Below are positions 28,682-38,316 of a stretch of DNA of 64,000 bases, piece by piece (the first letter of the stretch is position 1; each line of letters starts with the position of its first letter). The notes beneath the pieces are model-generated. The model ran no database searches. It saw only the letters and a program-made list of their open reading frames with translations, and was not told where the DNA came from. The stretch is from Phycisphaeraceae bacterium (GTDB lineage Bacteria > Planctomycetota > Phycisphaerae > Phycisphaerales > Phycisphaeraceae). Location: positions 5,184,001 to 5,248,000 of the forward strand of contig OY771506.1 of NCBI GenBank assembly GCA_963674705.1. The letters run 5' to 3'. Made by a program: the position numbers and the translations under genes.

Positions 28682-30691
28682 ATGGATAGGGCTGTAACCA
28701 TGCGACGTAACCCTTTACTGTTGGGGCTGATGGTGATTCTGTCGGGCTTGTCTTGTGCGACACACAGCGCACTGGCGGCGGTGGACACGAACTTCGCGGA
28801 CTACCGCGGGATCTGGATCGACCGGTTCGACTACCGCAATCTCGGTACCTCGGGCGTGCAGCAGATCATGGCCAACTGCGCTGCGGCGGGGTTCACGGAT
28901 GTGATCTTCCAGGTGCGCGGCCAGGGTGATGCGTATTACCAATCGAACTACGAACCACGGGCCGAGGCGCTGAGCGGGAGCTGGGACCCGCTACAGGTGG
29001 CGGTCGATGCGGCGCACGCCAACGGGTTGAAGATCCATGCGTGGATGAACTCGATGCCTTTGTGGAACGGCACGACCCCGCCGAGCACGACGACCGCGAT
29101 CGAGCATCCGTTCTATCACGACCCGAGCTACCGCGTGATGGACCTGAACGGCAACTATCAGCCGCTGCAGTCAGGTTACGTGATCGCCAACCCGATCAAT
29201 CCGGACTGGCAGACGCACATGAATAACGTCGCCGGCGACATCGTTGCCAACTACAACGTGGACGGGCTGCACCTTGACTACATCCGGTACGTCGGCAGCA
29301 TCGACCACGCTTCCTTGCCGCACGATCCACAGTCGCATGCGATGTTCCTTGCGGCAACCGGTTTGGACGCGGCGAATCCCGCGAACGAAGCAGCGTACCA
29401 GCAGTACATCCGCGGCCGCATCACCGACCTGGTGGGTGACATCCGCACGACCATCAAAGCGATCAATCCGGACGTGACGTATTCCGCCGCGGTTTGGCGC
29501 GACCCGGATGTGGGCAGCACGTATTACCTGCAGGACTACCGCACGTGGTTGGAGAACGACCTGCTGGACAACGCGCACCCGATGATCTACCTGCATGAGT
29601 CGAACAACTACCTGCTCGAGCCGAACATCAACAACACGATGAGCATCAACACGAATACGCAGGTCATGCCGGGGCTCGGGCCATACCTGCACGAGGTGTA
29701 CGGCGACAGCACGGACCTGATCACGCAGCAGTTGCAGACGATCTACGACGCCGGCGCCAACGGTTCGGTGATGTACGACTATGGGCACCTGTTCAAAAAC
29801 ACCACGTACACGAACACGCAATTGTCGAACATCATGAACTTCATCGACTCGACAGTTGTTGAGGAACCGCCGGTCGGCGGCGAGATCGTCGTGCTGGATG
29901 ATTTTGAAGTCGATGAAGGCCACTTCTCCGCCAGCCCGACATACTCCGGCAGCAACCGAGGCATCCTCAGTGCGACGGCTGAAAGGGATACGTCAGAAGC
30001 ACACACGGGTATCGCATCTGAGCGGATCGATGTTGAGTTCGACCCGAGTGCCACGGATCGCATGTTGCGCTTCCTGTCTGGTATAGGCGACCCGGCTCAA
30101 AACGTCGTGATCGATGCGGACGGCTGGATCGGTTTCTGGATGATGACCGAGACGCCGGGTCTGACCGTGCAGATCGCGCTGGACGATCCGGACTCAGCCG
30201 ACCGCGGCCTCGCGCAGGAAGTGATCGCGGACGGCGAGTGGCATCTGTACCAGTGGGACCTGGATAACAACGCACAATGGGAAGGCTGGGCCTACCAGGA
30301 CGGCATCATCACCGGCCCGACGATCACGATCGATTCGATCTTCCTGTTCGGCAGCGGATCGGCGACGGTGTATCTCGATGATGTCGCCTACAACAACGGC
30401 GGCTCACTGATCCCCGGCGGCCTACCGGGCGATCTGAACGGCGACGGCTGGGTGGGATTGGATGACCTTGACATCATCCTCGCGCACTGGAACCAGACCG
30501 TCACGCCGGGCGACCTGTTGTCAGGCGATGCCAACGGCGACGGCTTCGTCGGCCTGGAAGACCTGGACTACGTGCTGGGTCCGTGGAATACAGGTACGCC
30601 ACCGAGTGGTAGCGTGATCCCTGAGCCGACGACGCTGGCATTGCTGGGATTTGGCTTGTTAGCATTCAACCGGCGCAGGTCGGCTGCCTGA
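28682..30691 (+). CDS. Paralogous GHL10 glycoside hydrolase + dockerin-like cassette + PEP-CTERM
   Basis: YRGIWIDR, IFQVRGQGDAYY, IHAWMN, VDGLHLDYIRY; IPEP; start may be 28700. Confidence 0.88.
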   Translation: MDRAVTMRRNPLLLGLMVILSGLSCATHSALAAVDTNFADYRGIWIDRFDYRNLGTSGVQQIMANCAAAGFTDVIFQVRGQGDAYYQSNYEPRAEALSGSWDPLQVAVDAAHANGLKIHAWMNSMPLWNGTTPPSTTTAIEHPFYHDPSYRVMDLNGNYQPLQSGYVIANPINPDWQTHMNNVAGDIVANYNVDGLHLDYIRYVGSIDHASLPHDPQSHAMFLAATGLDAANPANEAAYQQYIRGRITDLVGDIRTTIKAINPDVTYSAAVWRDPDVGSTYYLQDYRTWLENDLLDNAHPMIYLHESNNYLLEPNINNTMSINTNTQVMPGLGPYLHEVYGDSTDLITQQLQTIYDAGANGSVMYDYGHLFKNTTYTNTQLSNIMNFIDSTVVEEPPVGGEIVVLDDFEVDEGHFSASPTYSGSNRGILSATAERDTSEAHTGIASERIDVEFDPSATDRMLRFLSGIGDPAQNVVIDADGWIGFWMMTETPGLTVQIALDDPDSADRGLAQEVIADGEWHLYQWDLDNNAQWEGWAYQDGIITGPTITIDSIFLFGSGSATVYLDDVAYNNGGSLIPGGLPGDLNGDGWVGLDDLDIILAHWNQTVTPGDLLSGDANGDGFVGLEDLDYVLGPWNTGTPPSGSVIPEPTTLALLGFGLLAFNRRRSAA

Positions 30692-30795
30692 AAATATTGT
30701 GGCTATCCAAGCGATGAACAGGTAAACTTGCCCTGTGTTTTGTTGCATCAACAAACAGGCTTCGGGTCGTTAATCCGTTCTTTGGGAGTGGTAAA

Positions 30796-32616
30796 ATGGG
30801 TAAGTCTCCGGGTGCAGTTTTACTTTGTATTCTTCTTGCAGGTTCGGGGTTTTACGCTGATAGGTCGTGTGTCGCCGCGGTCGGAACGACAGAGATCGTC
30901 GCGGCGACCGGCGACCCGTTGCCGGACGGGTCGGGTACGTTCACCCAATTCGAGGGTATCTGGTCCTACCCATTTGCCTTTTATCGTGGTCCCACGATTA
31001 ACGATCTGGGGCAGGTGGCATTTATGGCGCTGACGGATTCCCCGGACGGCGGAGGGGTGGAAGTCTATCGAGGCGACAACGGCAGCTTGACGCAGATTAC
31101 TTACCCGGGACTCGCCACACCGGACGGCAACGGTACGTTTCCGGATACCGCTGGTTACATGTCCTGCAACACACTGATCAATAATCAGAACCAAGTGTTA
31201 TTCAGTGCTATTTTAAGTGATACAGCGAATGAACCATCGGATGCGACAGGCATATTCCTGTCAGATGGCACGGACATGATCCAGATCGCTCGAGCGGGCC
31301 AGGTCTTACCCGGAGGCGACACGCTTGACCATACCTATGTTTACACGGCATCGAACGCCGCCTTGAATGATGCCGGACAGGTCGCGTTCTATACCCACAC
31401 TATTGGTGAATCCACGAATCTGACAACCGGCTTGTACCTGAGTGATGGGTCTACCATCACAACGATCATGGAGATGGGGGATACCGTTCCAGGAGGCAAC
31501 GGTACATTCATGCCCTTCAAGCCGAATTTCATAGGTCCAACTCCCGTGATGAATAACCAGGGGCAGTTTGTATTTTCGACCTGGCTTGAGAATACAGCCG
31601 GCGGAGAAGCGGACGATTCGGGGATCTTCTATTGGGATGGATCAGTACTTACCGAAGTGGTGCAAGAAGGCGATGCAGCGCCCGACGGGAACGGTCTGTT
31701 CGGCGAGATTTCCATCGCCTGTGCCAAAATCAACGATACGGGATCATTCGCGTTCAACGCTGACTTGACCGGGACGATCGGTGGCGAAGATTACGAACGC
31801 GCGATCTTCCTGAGCGACGGTTCAAACATCTCTACCATTGTCCGTGACGGTGATAATGCACCGGACGGCAATAGCGTTTTTGCGCATATTTATCTACGGG
31901 ATATGAGTAGTACGGGCCAGATCACTTTTAGCGCCAGACTGGCTGATGCTAACGGCACAGAAGCGATTGGAGATGGTATCTACCGCTACGATGGCGGATC
32001 GATCACGGCACTTGTCGAACCCGGTGATCCCCTGCCTGGTAGCAGCGAAACCATTGTCTATACAGGTGTCGTCGCTGTAAACGACCAGGGGCAGGTTCTT
32101 TTCACCGCAGACTTATCTGATGGAGACTACGGCCTTTTCTTTTACGATGACACGTTAGGCATCATCAAGGTCGTCAGCGAGAATGACGCGTTACTCGGTA
32201 GCAACATTCTGGATTTGACGTATGGGTGGACCACCATTGGCGGTGACGAGCATAGCGGATTCAATAACCTCGGGCAGTTCAGTTATCAGTTTAAACTCGA
32301 AGACGGGCGCACCGGCATCGCGATCTGGTCGCCACCGATCCCCGGTGACCTGGATGGCGATGGATTCGTCGGGCTGGATGACCTGGATATCGTGCTGAAC
32401 AACTGGAACCAGAACGTCACTGCGGGTGACGCATCACTGGGCGATATCAACGGCGACGGCTTCGTCGGGCTGGATGATCTGGATATCGTGCTGAACAACT
32501 GGAACACCGGCACGCCGCCGAGTGGCAGCGCGATCCCAGAGCCGGGTAGTCTTGCGCTGTTGTTGCCGTCTTTGTGGTTCTTAGTTCAGCGCAAATATTC
32601 CATGAATAAACAGTGA
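30796..32616 (+). CDS. NxxGxxAF tandem-repeat (probable beta-propeller) protein + dockerin-like cassette + PEP-CTERM
   Basis: Repeats INDLGQVAF, LNDAGQVAF, MNNQGQFVF, INDTGSFAF, VNDQGQVLF; IPEPG. Confidence 0.85.
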   Translation: MGKSPGAVLLCILLAGSGFYADRSCVAAVGTTEIVAATGDPLPDGSGTFTQFEGIWSYPFAFYRGPTINDLGQVAFMALTDSPDGGGVEVYRGDNGSLTQITYPGLATPDGNGTFPDTAGYMSCNTLINNQNQVLFSAILSDTANEPSDATGIFLSDGTDMIQIARAGQVLPGGDTLDHTYVYTASNAALNDAGQVAFYTHTIGESTNLTTGLYLSDGSTITTIMEMGDTVPGGNGTFMPFKPNFIGPTPVMNNQGQFVFSTWLENTAGGEADDSGIFYWDGSVLTEVVQEGDAAPDGNGLFGEISIACAKINDTGSFAFNADLTGTIGGEDYERAIFLSDGSNISTIVRDGDNAPDGNSVFAHIYLRDMSSTGQITFSARLADANGTEAIGDGIYRYDGGSITALVEPGDPLPGSSETIVYTGVVAVNDQGQVLFTADLSDGDYGLFFYDDTLGIIKVVSENDALLGSNILDLTYGWTTIGGDEHSGFNNLGQFSYQFKLEDGRTGIAIWSPPIPGDLDGDGFVGLDDLDIVLNNWNQNVTAGDASLGDINGDGFVGLDDLDIVLNNWNTGTPPSGSAIPEPGSLALLLPSLWFLVQRKYSMNKQ

Positions 32617-32731
32617 TAAATCATTTGATCTAGCGTTTTCCCCTTTTTTTGCTATACTGGGCGATCGTTGTTAATTGTCTATATAAAAATCACTTACGTC
32701 GCATATATTGTCAATAATAGGGAGAATTCTT

Positions 32732-33955
32732 GTGAAGTCTAAACGCTGTCGGAGGGGACGTTTTGTTCACAGATCAGCCTTGGTTTTGTTGGCCACATTG
32801 GGATTATCTCAATCCTTGAATGCGGGTGTCACGTTTAGCTTCAATTTTCTGGACGATCCAGGAGTGGGCTTCAATGCGTACGGCTCAACCGGCGATGACC
32901 GCAGAGCGGGGCTGGCTGAGGCCGCCGATTACTTCTCCATCTTGTTTGCCAACTATGACGCCACGATTGAAATCGATGTCATTGGCAGTGAAACCAGAGA
33001 TACTGCACTGGCAAGCGCCAGTTCAAATTACACCTCGGCCTACCCCGGTGTTGGTTTTGGCGACGCGGGTGATGTGATGCTGAAGATACTTGGCGGTGAC
33101 AGCGCGGATCCCAGCCCGGGTGTCGCCGACGGCGAGATTTACTGGAACTTTGAGGATTTTTTGTGGGAGCCTTTTAGCGACTTCCAACCCGGCGAACTAG
33201 ACCTGATTTCGACTGCCAGGCATGAACTGATGCATGCCATCGGTTTCATCTCCAGCATCGGCGAAGATGGCGCAAGTGCTTTTCATGATGCAGGCCAAGC
33301 GACCGCATGGTCACCATTCGATGAGTTTGTCGCCGATTCTTATGGCGCACTTATTGACGATCAAACTTTTGAGATCTACCTGGAAGATTGGCTTGTCTCT
33401 TCGGTCGGAGGAACCGGACCGGATGACGGTTTGTTGTTCATCGGCCCTAACGCGATGGCTGCAAACGGTGGTGAACCCGTCCCGTTGTATTCACCGACGA
33501 CCTGGTCCCCCGGCAGCTCCGGATCTCATACAGATACCGACTACTTCACCGGTTCAGACTTCATGATGATGAACAGCGAAGCATCCGTCAGCGAAGGTTT
33601 GGACATCCGAGAATTGAGTGATATAGAGCTGGGTATCTTGATGGACATCGGTTATGTGGATCTCATCATCCCAACAGTCCTGGAAGGCGACCTGAACGGT
33701 GATGGCTTCGTCGGCCTGGATGATCTGGATATCGTGCTCGCGAACTGGAACCAAAACGTCACCGCGGGTGATGAGTCTCTCGGCGATATCAACGGCGACG
33801 GCTTCGTCGGGCTGGATGACCTGGATGTGATACTGAACAACTGGAACGCGGGTACACCGCCGAGCGGCAGCGCCATCCCGGAACCGGGGACAACACTGAC
33901 GTTAAGCGGGCTGGGTTTAGTGATGCTGAACCGTCGGCTGCGCGGTGTTTGTTAG
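32732..33955 (+). CDS. Zinc metallopeptidase-like protein + dockerin-like cassette + PEP-CTERM
   Basis: HELMHAIG, GSSGSH, MMMN; IPEPG; GTG after GGGAG (ORF open from 32708). Confidence 0.82.
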   Translation: MKSKRCRRGRFVHRSALVLLATLGLSQSLNAGVTFSFNFLDDPGVGFNAYGSTGDDRRAGLAEAADYFSILFANYDATIEIDVIGSETRDTALASASSNYTSAYPGVGFGDAGDVMLKILGGDSADPSPGVADGEIYWNFEDFLWEPFSDFQPGELDLISTARHELMHAIGFISSIGEDGASAFHDAGQATAWSPFDEFVADSYGALIDDQTFEIYLEDWLVSSVGGTGPDDGLLFIGPNAMAANGGEPVPLYSPTTWSPGSSGSHTDTDYFTGSDFMMMNSEASVSEGLDIRELSDIELGILMDIGYVDLIIPTVLEGDLNGDGFVGLDDLDIVLANWNQNVTAGDESLGDINGDGFVGLDDLDVILNNWNAGTPPSGSAIPEPGTTLTLSGLGLVMLNRRLRGVC

Positions 33956-34094
33956 TCTAGGCAAAGATCTGCGAATAACGCGACAGAATCCTACCTTTTT
34001 CTACGCCCTTTTTGGCGGGGTGTGTTATTATTTCGGGATTGTGGATCGTCCACATTGAGATGTAGAACATTCTCAATCCAGATGTATTGTTTTG

Positions 34095-34175
34095 GGGTGA
34101 CACACTTTGACTGCGCAGCAGCAAAGTATGCGTTGAGAGAGCACACTTTGCCCTGCGGGTCAAAGTATGGCACCC
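34095..34175. repeat. Family F palindromic element, copy 2
   Basis: GGGTGACACACTTTGA...TCAAAGTATGGCACCC. Confidence 0.75.
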
Positions 34176-34231
34176 GTTACAGTTGGATTGAAGTTTTCAA
34201 TGTGGAGATTTACTGAAGCAGGAGAAGCCCG

Positions 34232-35455
34232 TTGGTTGAGCGTTTATTTTTAATGGGTGCTGGTGGTGTGCGTACGGCCGCGATGGCGGCGGCGTGCTTG
34301 CTTGTGCTGGGTGTGGGGTGTCAGGTACGGGCGGGGGTGACTTTTAACTTCAACTTCCTGGATGATCCGGGTGTTGGGTTTAATGCGTATGGCTCGACCG
34401 GCGATGATCGTCGGGCGGGATTGACGCTGGCGGGCGATTACATCGCGCAGTTTTTTGTGAACTATGATGCGACGATCGAACTGGATGTGATCGGCAGCGA
34501 GACGGATGACTACGTGCTCGCCGGCGCGGCTTCGAATTACAACTCTGATTATCCGGGCATCGGGTTCGTCGATATCGGGGATGTGATGCACAAGATCCTC
34601 GGCGGGGACAGCGCCGATCCGGCCCCGAATGCTGCGGACGGCGAAATCGTCTGGAACTTCCAGGACTTTGATTGGGAGCCTTTGAGTGATTTCCAGGCAG
34701 GCGAACTCGATCTGATTTCAACCGCGATCCATGAGATGACGCACGTCATCGGTTTTGTCAGCAGCATCTGGGAAGATGGATCAAGCTATTACCATTACGC
34801 GGGTGAGGCGACCGCGTGGGAGCCTTTCGATGCTTATGTTGCGGATGTGGACGGGTTTCTGATCAACCACACAACGTACAAGATGCGGCTGGCGCGCTGG
34901 CTGGAAGCGTCGGTCGGCGGGACGGGGCCTGATGCGGGGTTGTTCTTCAACGGCCCGAACGCAAGGGCAGCCAACGATGGGAACCCCGTGCCGTTGTACT
35001 CGCCTAGAACGTGGGAAGACGGCAGCTCGGGCTCGCACCTGGATACCAACTACTTCACCGACGAAAACGCGAAGATGATGAACAGCGAAGCCTCGGTCTA
35101 CGACGGGCTGGACATCCGCACGTACAGCGACATCGAGCTGGGCATCCTGCAGGACATCGGTTACACCGACTTGTTCATCCCGCTTGCGGGTGATGTGAAC
35201 GGTGACGGCTTTGTGGGGCTGGATGATCTTGACATCGTTCTCAGTCACTGGAACCAGACCGTCGCGACGGGCGATCAGTCGGTCGGCGACATCACGTATG
35301 ACGGGTATGTCGGGCTGGATGACCTGGACATCATCCTCAGCAACTGGAACGCTAGTACCGCGCCCGGCCTGGTTGTACCTGAACCGCTTGCGACAATAAT
35401 CTGGTTGCCGATGTCCGTCGTTCTGACAATTCGTACAAAGCGAGTTAAAGCCTGA
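34232..35455 (+). CDS. Paralogous zinc metallopeptidase-like protein + dockerin-like cassette + PEP-CTERM
   Basis: HEMTHVIG, GSSGSH, KMMN; VPEP; mature N-terminus nearly identical to the previous gene. Confidence 0.82.
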   Translation: MVERLFLMGAGGVRTAAMAAACLLVLGVGCQVRAGVTFNFNFLDDPGVGFNAYGSTGDDRRAGLTLAGDYIAQFFVNYDATIELDVIGSETDDYVLAGAASNYNSDYPGIGFVDIGDVMHKILGGDSADPAPNAADGEIVWNFQDFDWEPLSDFQAGELDLISTAIHEMTHVIGFVSSIWEDGSSYYHYAGEATAWEPFDAYVADVDGFLINHTTYKMRLARWLEASVGGTGPDAGLFFNGPNARAANDGNPVPLYSPRTWEDGSSGSHLDTNYFTDENAKMMNSEASVYDGLDIRTYSDIELGILQDIGYTDLFIPLAGDVNGDGFVGLDDLDIVLSHWNQTVATGDQSVGDITYDGYVGLDDLDIILSNWNASTAPGLVVPEPLATIIWLPMSVVLTIRTKRVKA

Positions 35456-35527
35456 GCACACCATGAACTGAATGCTCGGCCAGCCCGTCGTTGTCGCAAG
35501 AATTAGAAACAATTAACACACTAAACA

Positions 35528-35555
35528 TTTACATGAGTTTGGCCGTGGTTATAAT
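35528..35555 (+). promoter_or_regulatory. Sigma70-like promoter
   Basis: TTTACA-N16-TATAAT, about 320 nt upstream of the ATG at 35876. Confidence 0.5.
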
Positions 35556-35875
35556 CGCGGTTCCGGTTTCATTTTTCCGTAACACCGTCCGTTTAGTGCC
35601 CGAGTCATTGGCGGTGTGTTAGTTGTCAGTCAACTTAGTAGGCCAGAACACCAAACCCCGCGCCTTGAGTACTTAGGGTGCCGCGATCGAGGGGGGTGCT
35701 GTGATGTGGCGTACAGCGAGCAGCCGGCAACCATCAGGAGCACTCGACCTGATTGCCCCGTTCCTATCTCACGATCGATTCGATCGAGTCAACGATATTG
35801 AAACACCTATTCAAATCCCCCACCGCCTTGTCGCGGCGTGGTGGTTTGTCTCAATAACTTTTCAGGGAGCTTGCC

Positions 35876-38299
35876 ATGAACCGATTAGTCACTTCGAGCA
35901 TACCAGCCATCCTGTCGGTCGCCTCCATGATTCTCGCAATATCGATCCCTGCTGGCGCAGTTACGATCGACAACTTTGAAGAAGCCACATTCATCCTCGA
36001 CGCCACAGCGGGTAATGATTTGTTCTACACACAAACGGATCTACTCGAAAGCAACGTCATCGGCACGCAACGCAATATATTCATGTACAACTATGAAGGG
36101 GATCACGACCTCGGTGCGGTGGCAGGCAGCGGATCCGTCGCGCTGTACTTCGAGAATGGATCGGATGACACCTGGGTCGACTTTTACTACAACGGCGGCA
36201 CAAACGCGATGAGCCGGGACCTGACCGCCGGTTACCATAACGCGTTTAACATCAACGTCACCTCCAGCGATATCGGCGCCGACCTGGCTGTCAGCGTAGG
36301 CACACACGTCGGCGAAGCCGAAGCCAGCTACGTAGGTTTGTCGCAGACGATCAGCGGTGCGGGGATTTACCAGTTCCTCTACGAAGACTTCACCGGCACC
36401 GGTACGCCCGACTTCAGCGATGTGGACCAGATCACGGTCTCCGTGACCAAGACCGACAACGATATCCGTCACTACTACATCTCCGATATCAGTACAGCCA
36501 CGACCTATCAGCCGCATACCTGGGCAAGCACGCAGACGTATGCATTTTGGAGCCAGATGGCCTCGTGGTCGCCCCCTACCGGCACGCCTGACAGCGACTG
36601 GGTCGCCTATGTCTCTGTACCCATGGGTGGCCAACCTATTGAACAATCATTTGTGGACCAGGACTACACGGTCCACGGGCTGAATGTATCTGCAGGTTAT
36701 GGCACGATGATCCTGGATGTAGTGACCGGCCGAACACTGACCGTTGAAGATGAACTGAATATCAACGGCGGGATCGTCCGCCTGCAAGCCGACGACGTCA
36801 CGCTGGAAGCGGGAGAAGTGTATGTCCATTCCGGGACGCTGTATCTGGACAATCCCGACGCCGAGATCCATGCAGGTATATTCGAACACTTCGGGCCCGG
36901 CGCCTTTATTCATTACGATGGGACGCTGACCGTCGATGGCGGGTACTTCTCTGCCGTCGATAGTGGATCTGGTTTTGATTACACCATTGACGGCAATGAT
37001 GCATCTGACACGCCCATCGTCAAACTGGTCAACGGGGCACACTTTCAGGGTGGCGGTGACGCCAGTGGACACCTGCTAATCGGAAAAACCCAGGCCGGCG
37101 TCATGGAAGCCCGAGACCCGGGTACCTTTGTGGGTGTCGACGGATTCATCCAGGTTGGCGGTTATTACGACAACAGCAACAACGGCACCGGCCATCTGCT
37201 GATCACCGATGGTGCTACTTCCATGTGCCTCTACACACTGATCGGTGATGCCGGCGAATCAAGCGGCAGTGTGCTTATCAGCGGTGAAGGCTCCATGTTA
37301 ACAGTCAACGGCTTTCTTTCAGTCGGTCACAAGGATCAGTCCAGCGGTCAACTGACGATCCTGCAGCAAGCCCATGTCATCAGTGCAACCAGCTATGTTG
37401 GCGAACTCGACGAAGCCAGTGGGAGCGTGGTAGTCGCAGCGGATTGGACCGTGACGGACAGCCTGTATATCGGTTGCAACCAATCCTCACTTGGCGGGCA
37501 GGGATATGTCAGTGTCTTGAGTGATGGTGAAGTGAACGTCACCAACCTCCTCAGACTCTGGGGCGCAGCGACGCTGGATATGCAAGGCGGAACACTGACC
37601 GCACATGAAGTCGATAACCGCGGTGTGATTGAGGGCGAGGGAACGATCAGCGTGGATATCGACCTGAACAATCACGGCACTGTCTCGCCGGGTGGATTCG
37701 GCGCGGGCTGGCTCACAATAGATGGTGAATACGAGCAGGAAACAGATGGTGAGTTGTGGATCGGGATCGGCGGCACCAGCGATGAACAATACGATCACCT
37801 GGTCACTGGTGGGGAACAGGCTATCCTCCGCGGCGAGCTTGAAGTCAGGCTGATCAACAGCTATCTGCCCAGCGTGGGTGAATCATTCACCATCATCACC
37901 GCCAGCAACATCATCGGGACGTTTGCCGTGGAAGACCTGCCCGACCTGGGTGCGTCGCTTGCTTTCGACGTTGTTTACAACGCCGACAACGTCACGCTAC
38001 AAGTCATCAGCCTGCCGATCCCGGGTGACCTGAACGGCGACGGCTTTGTCGGGTTGATCGACCTGGACATCATCCTCAACAACTGGAATCAAACCGTCCC
38101 CCCCGCCGATCCTTTTGCGGATCCGTCGGGTGACGGCTACGTCGGTCTGGATGATCTGGACATCGTGCTGAATAACTGGAACGTCGGCACACCGCCTGTG
38201 AATGAATCCACTATCCCCGAACCCGTGGCCGGATTGTCCTTGTGCGCGTTGGGTATGACCGTGCTGTCACGCCGAGGAAACAGTGACTTCCACATTTAA
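35876..38299 (+). CDS. PEP-CTERM surface protein (IDNFEE N-domain, autotransporter-like beta repeats, dockerin-like cassette)
   Basis: Signal peptide; G.V.ISGEGS repeats; twin GD.xGDG loops; IPEP. Confidence 0.85.
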   Translation: MNRLVTSSIPAILSVASMILAISIPAGAVTIDNFEEATFILDATAGNDLFYTQTDLLESNVIGTQRNIFMYNYEGDHDLGAVAGSGSVALYFENGSDDTWVDFYYNGGTNAMSRDLTAGYHNAFNINVTSSDIGADLAVSVGTHVGEAEASYVGLSQTISGAGIYQFLYEDFTGTGTPDFSDVDQITVSVTKTDNDIRHYYISDISTATTYQPHTWASTQTYAFWSQMASWSPPTGTPDSDWVAYVSVPMGGQPIEQSFVDQDYTVHGLNVSAGYGTMILDVVTGRTLTVEDELNINGGIVRLQADDVTLEAGEVYVHSGTLYLDNPDAEIHAGIFEHFGPGAFIHYDGTLTVDGGYFSAVDSGSGFDYTIDGNDASDTPIVKLVNGAHFQGGGDASGHLLIGKTQAGVMEARDPGTFVGVDGFIQVGGYYDNSNNGTGHLLITDGATSMCLYTLIGDAGESSGSVLISGEGSMLTVNGFLSVGHKDQSSGQLTILQQAHVISATSYVGELDEASGSVVVAADWTVTDSLYIGCNQSSLGGQGYVSVLSDGEVNVTNLLRLWGAATLDMQGGTLTAHEVDNRGVIEGEGTISVDIDLNNHGTVSPGGFGAGWLTIDGEYEQETDGELWIGIGGTSDEQYDHLVTGGEQAILRGELEVRLINSYLPSVGESFTIITASNIIGTFAVEDLPDLGASLAFDVVYNADNVTLQVISLPIPGDLNGDGFVGLIDLDIILNNWNQTVPPADPFADPSGDGYVGLDDLDIVLNNWNVGTPPVNESTIPEPVAGLSLCALGMTVLSRRGNSDFHI

Positions 38300-38316
38300 A
38301 ACAAAGGGATCATGCC

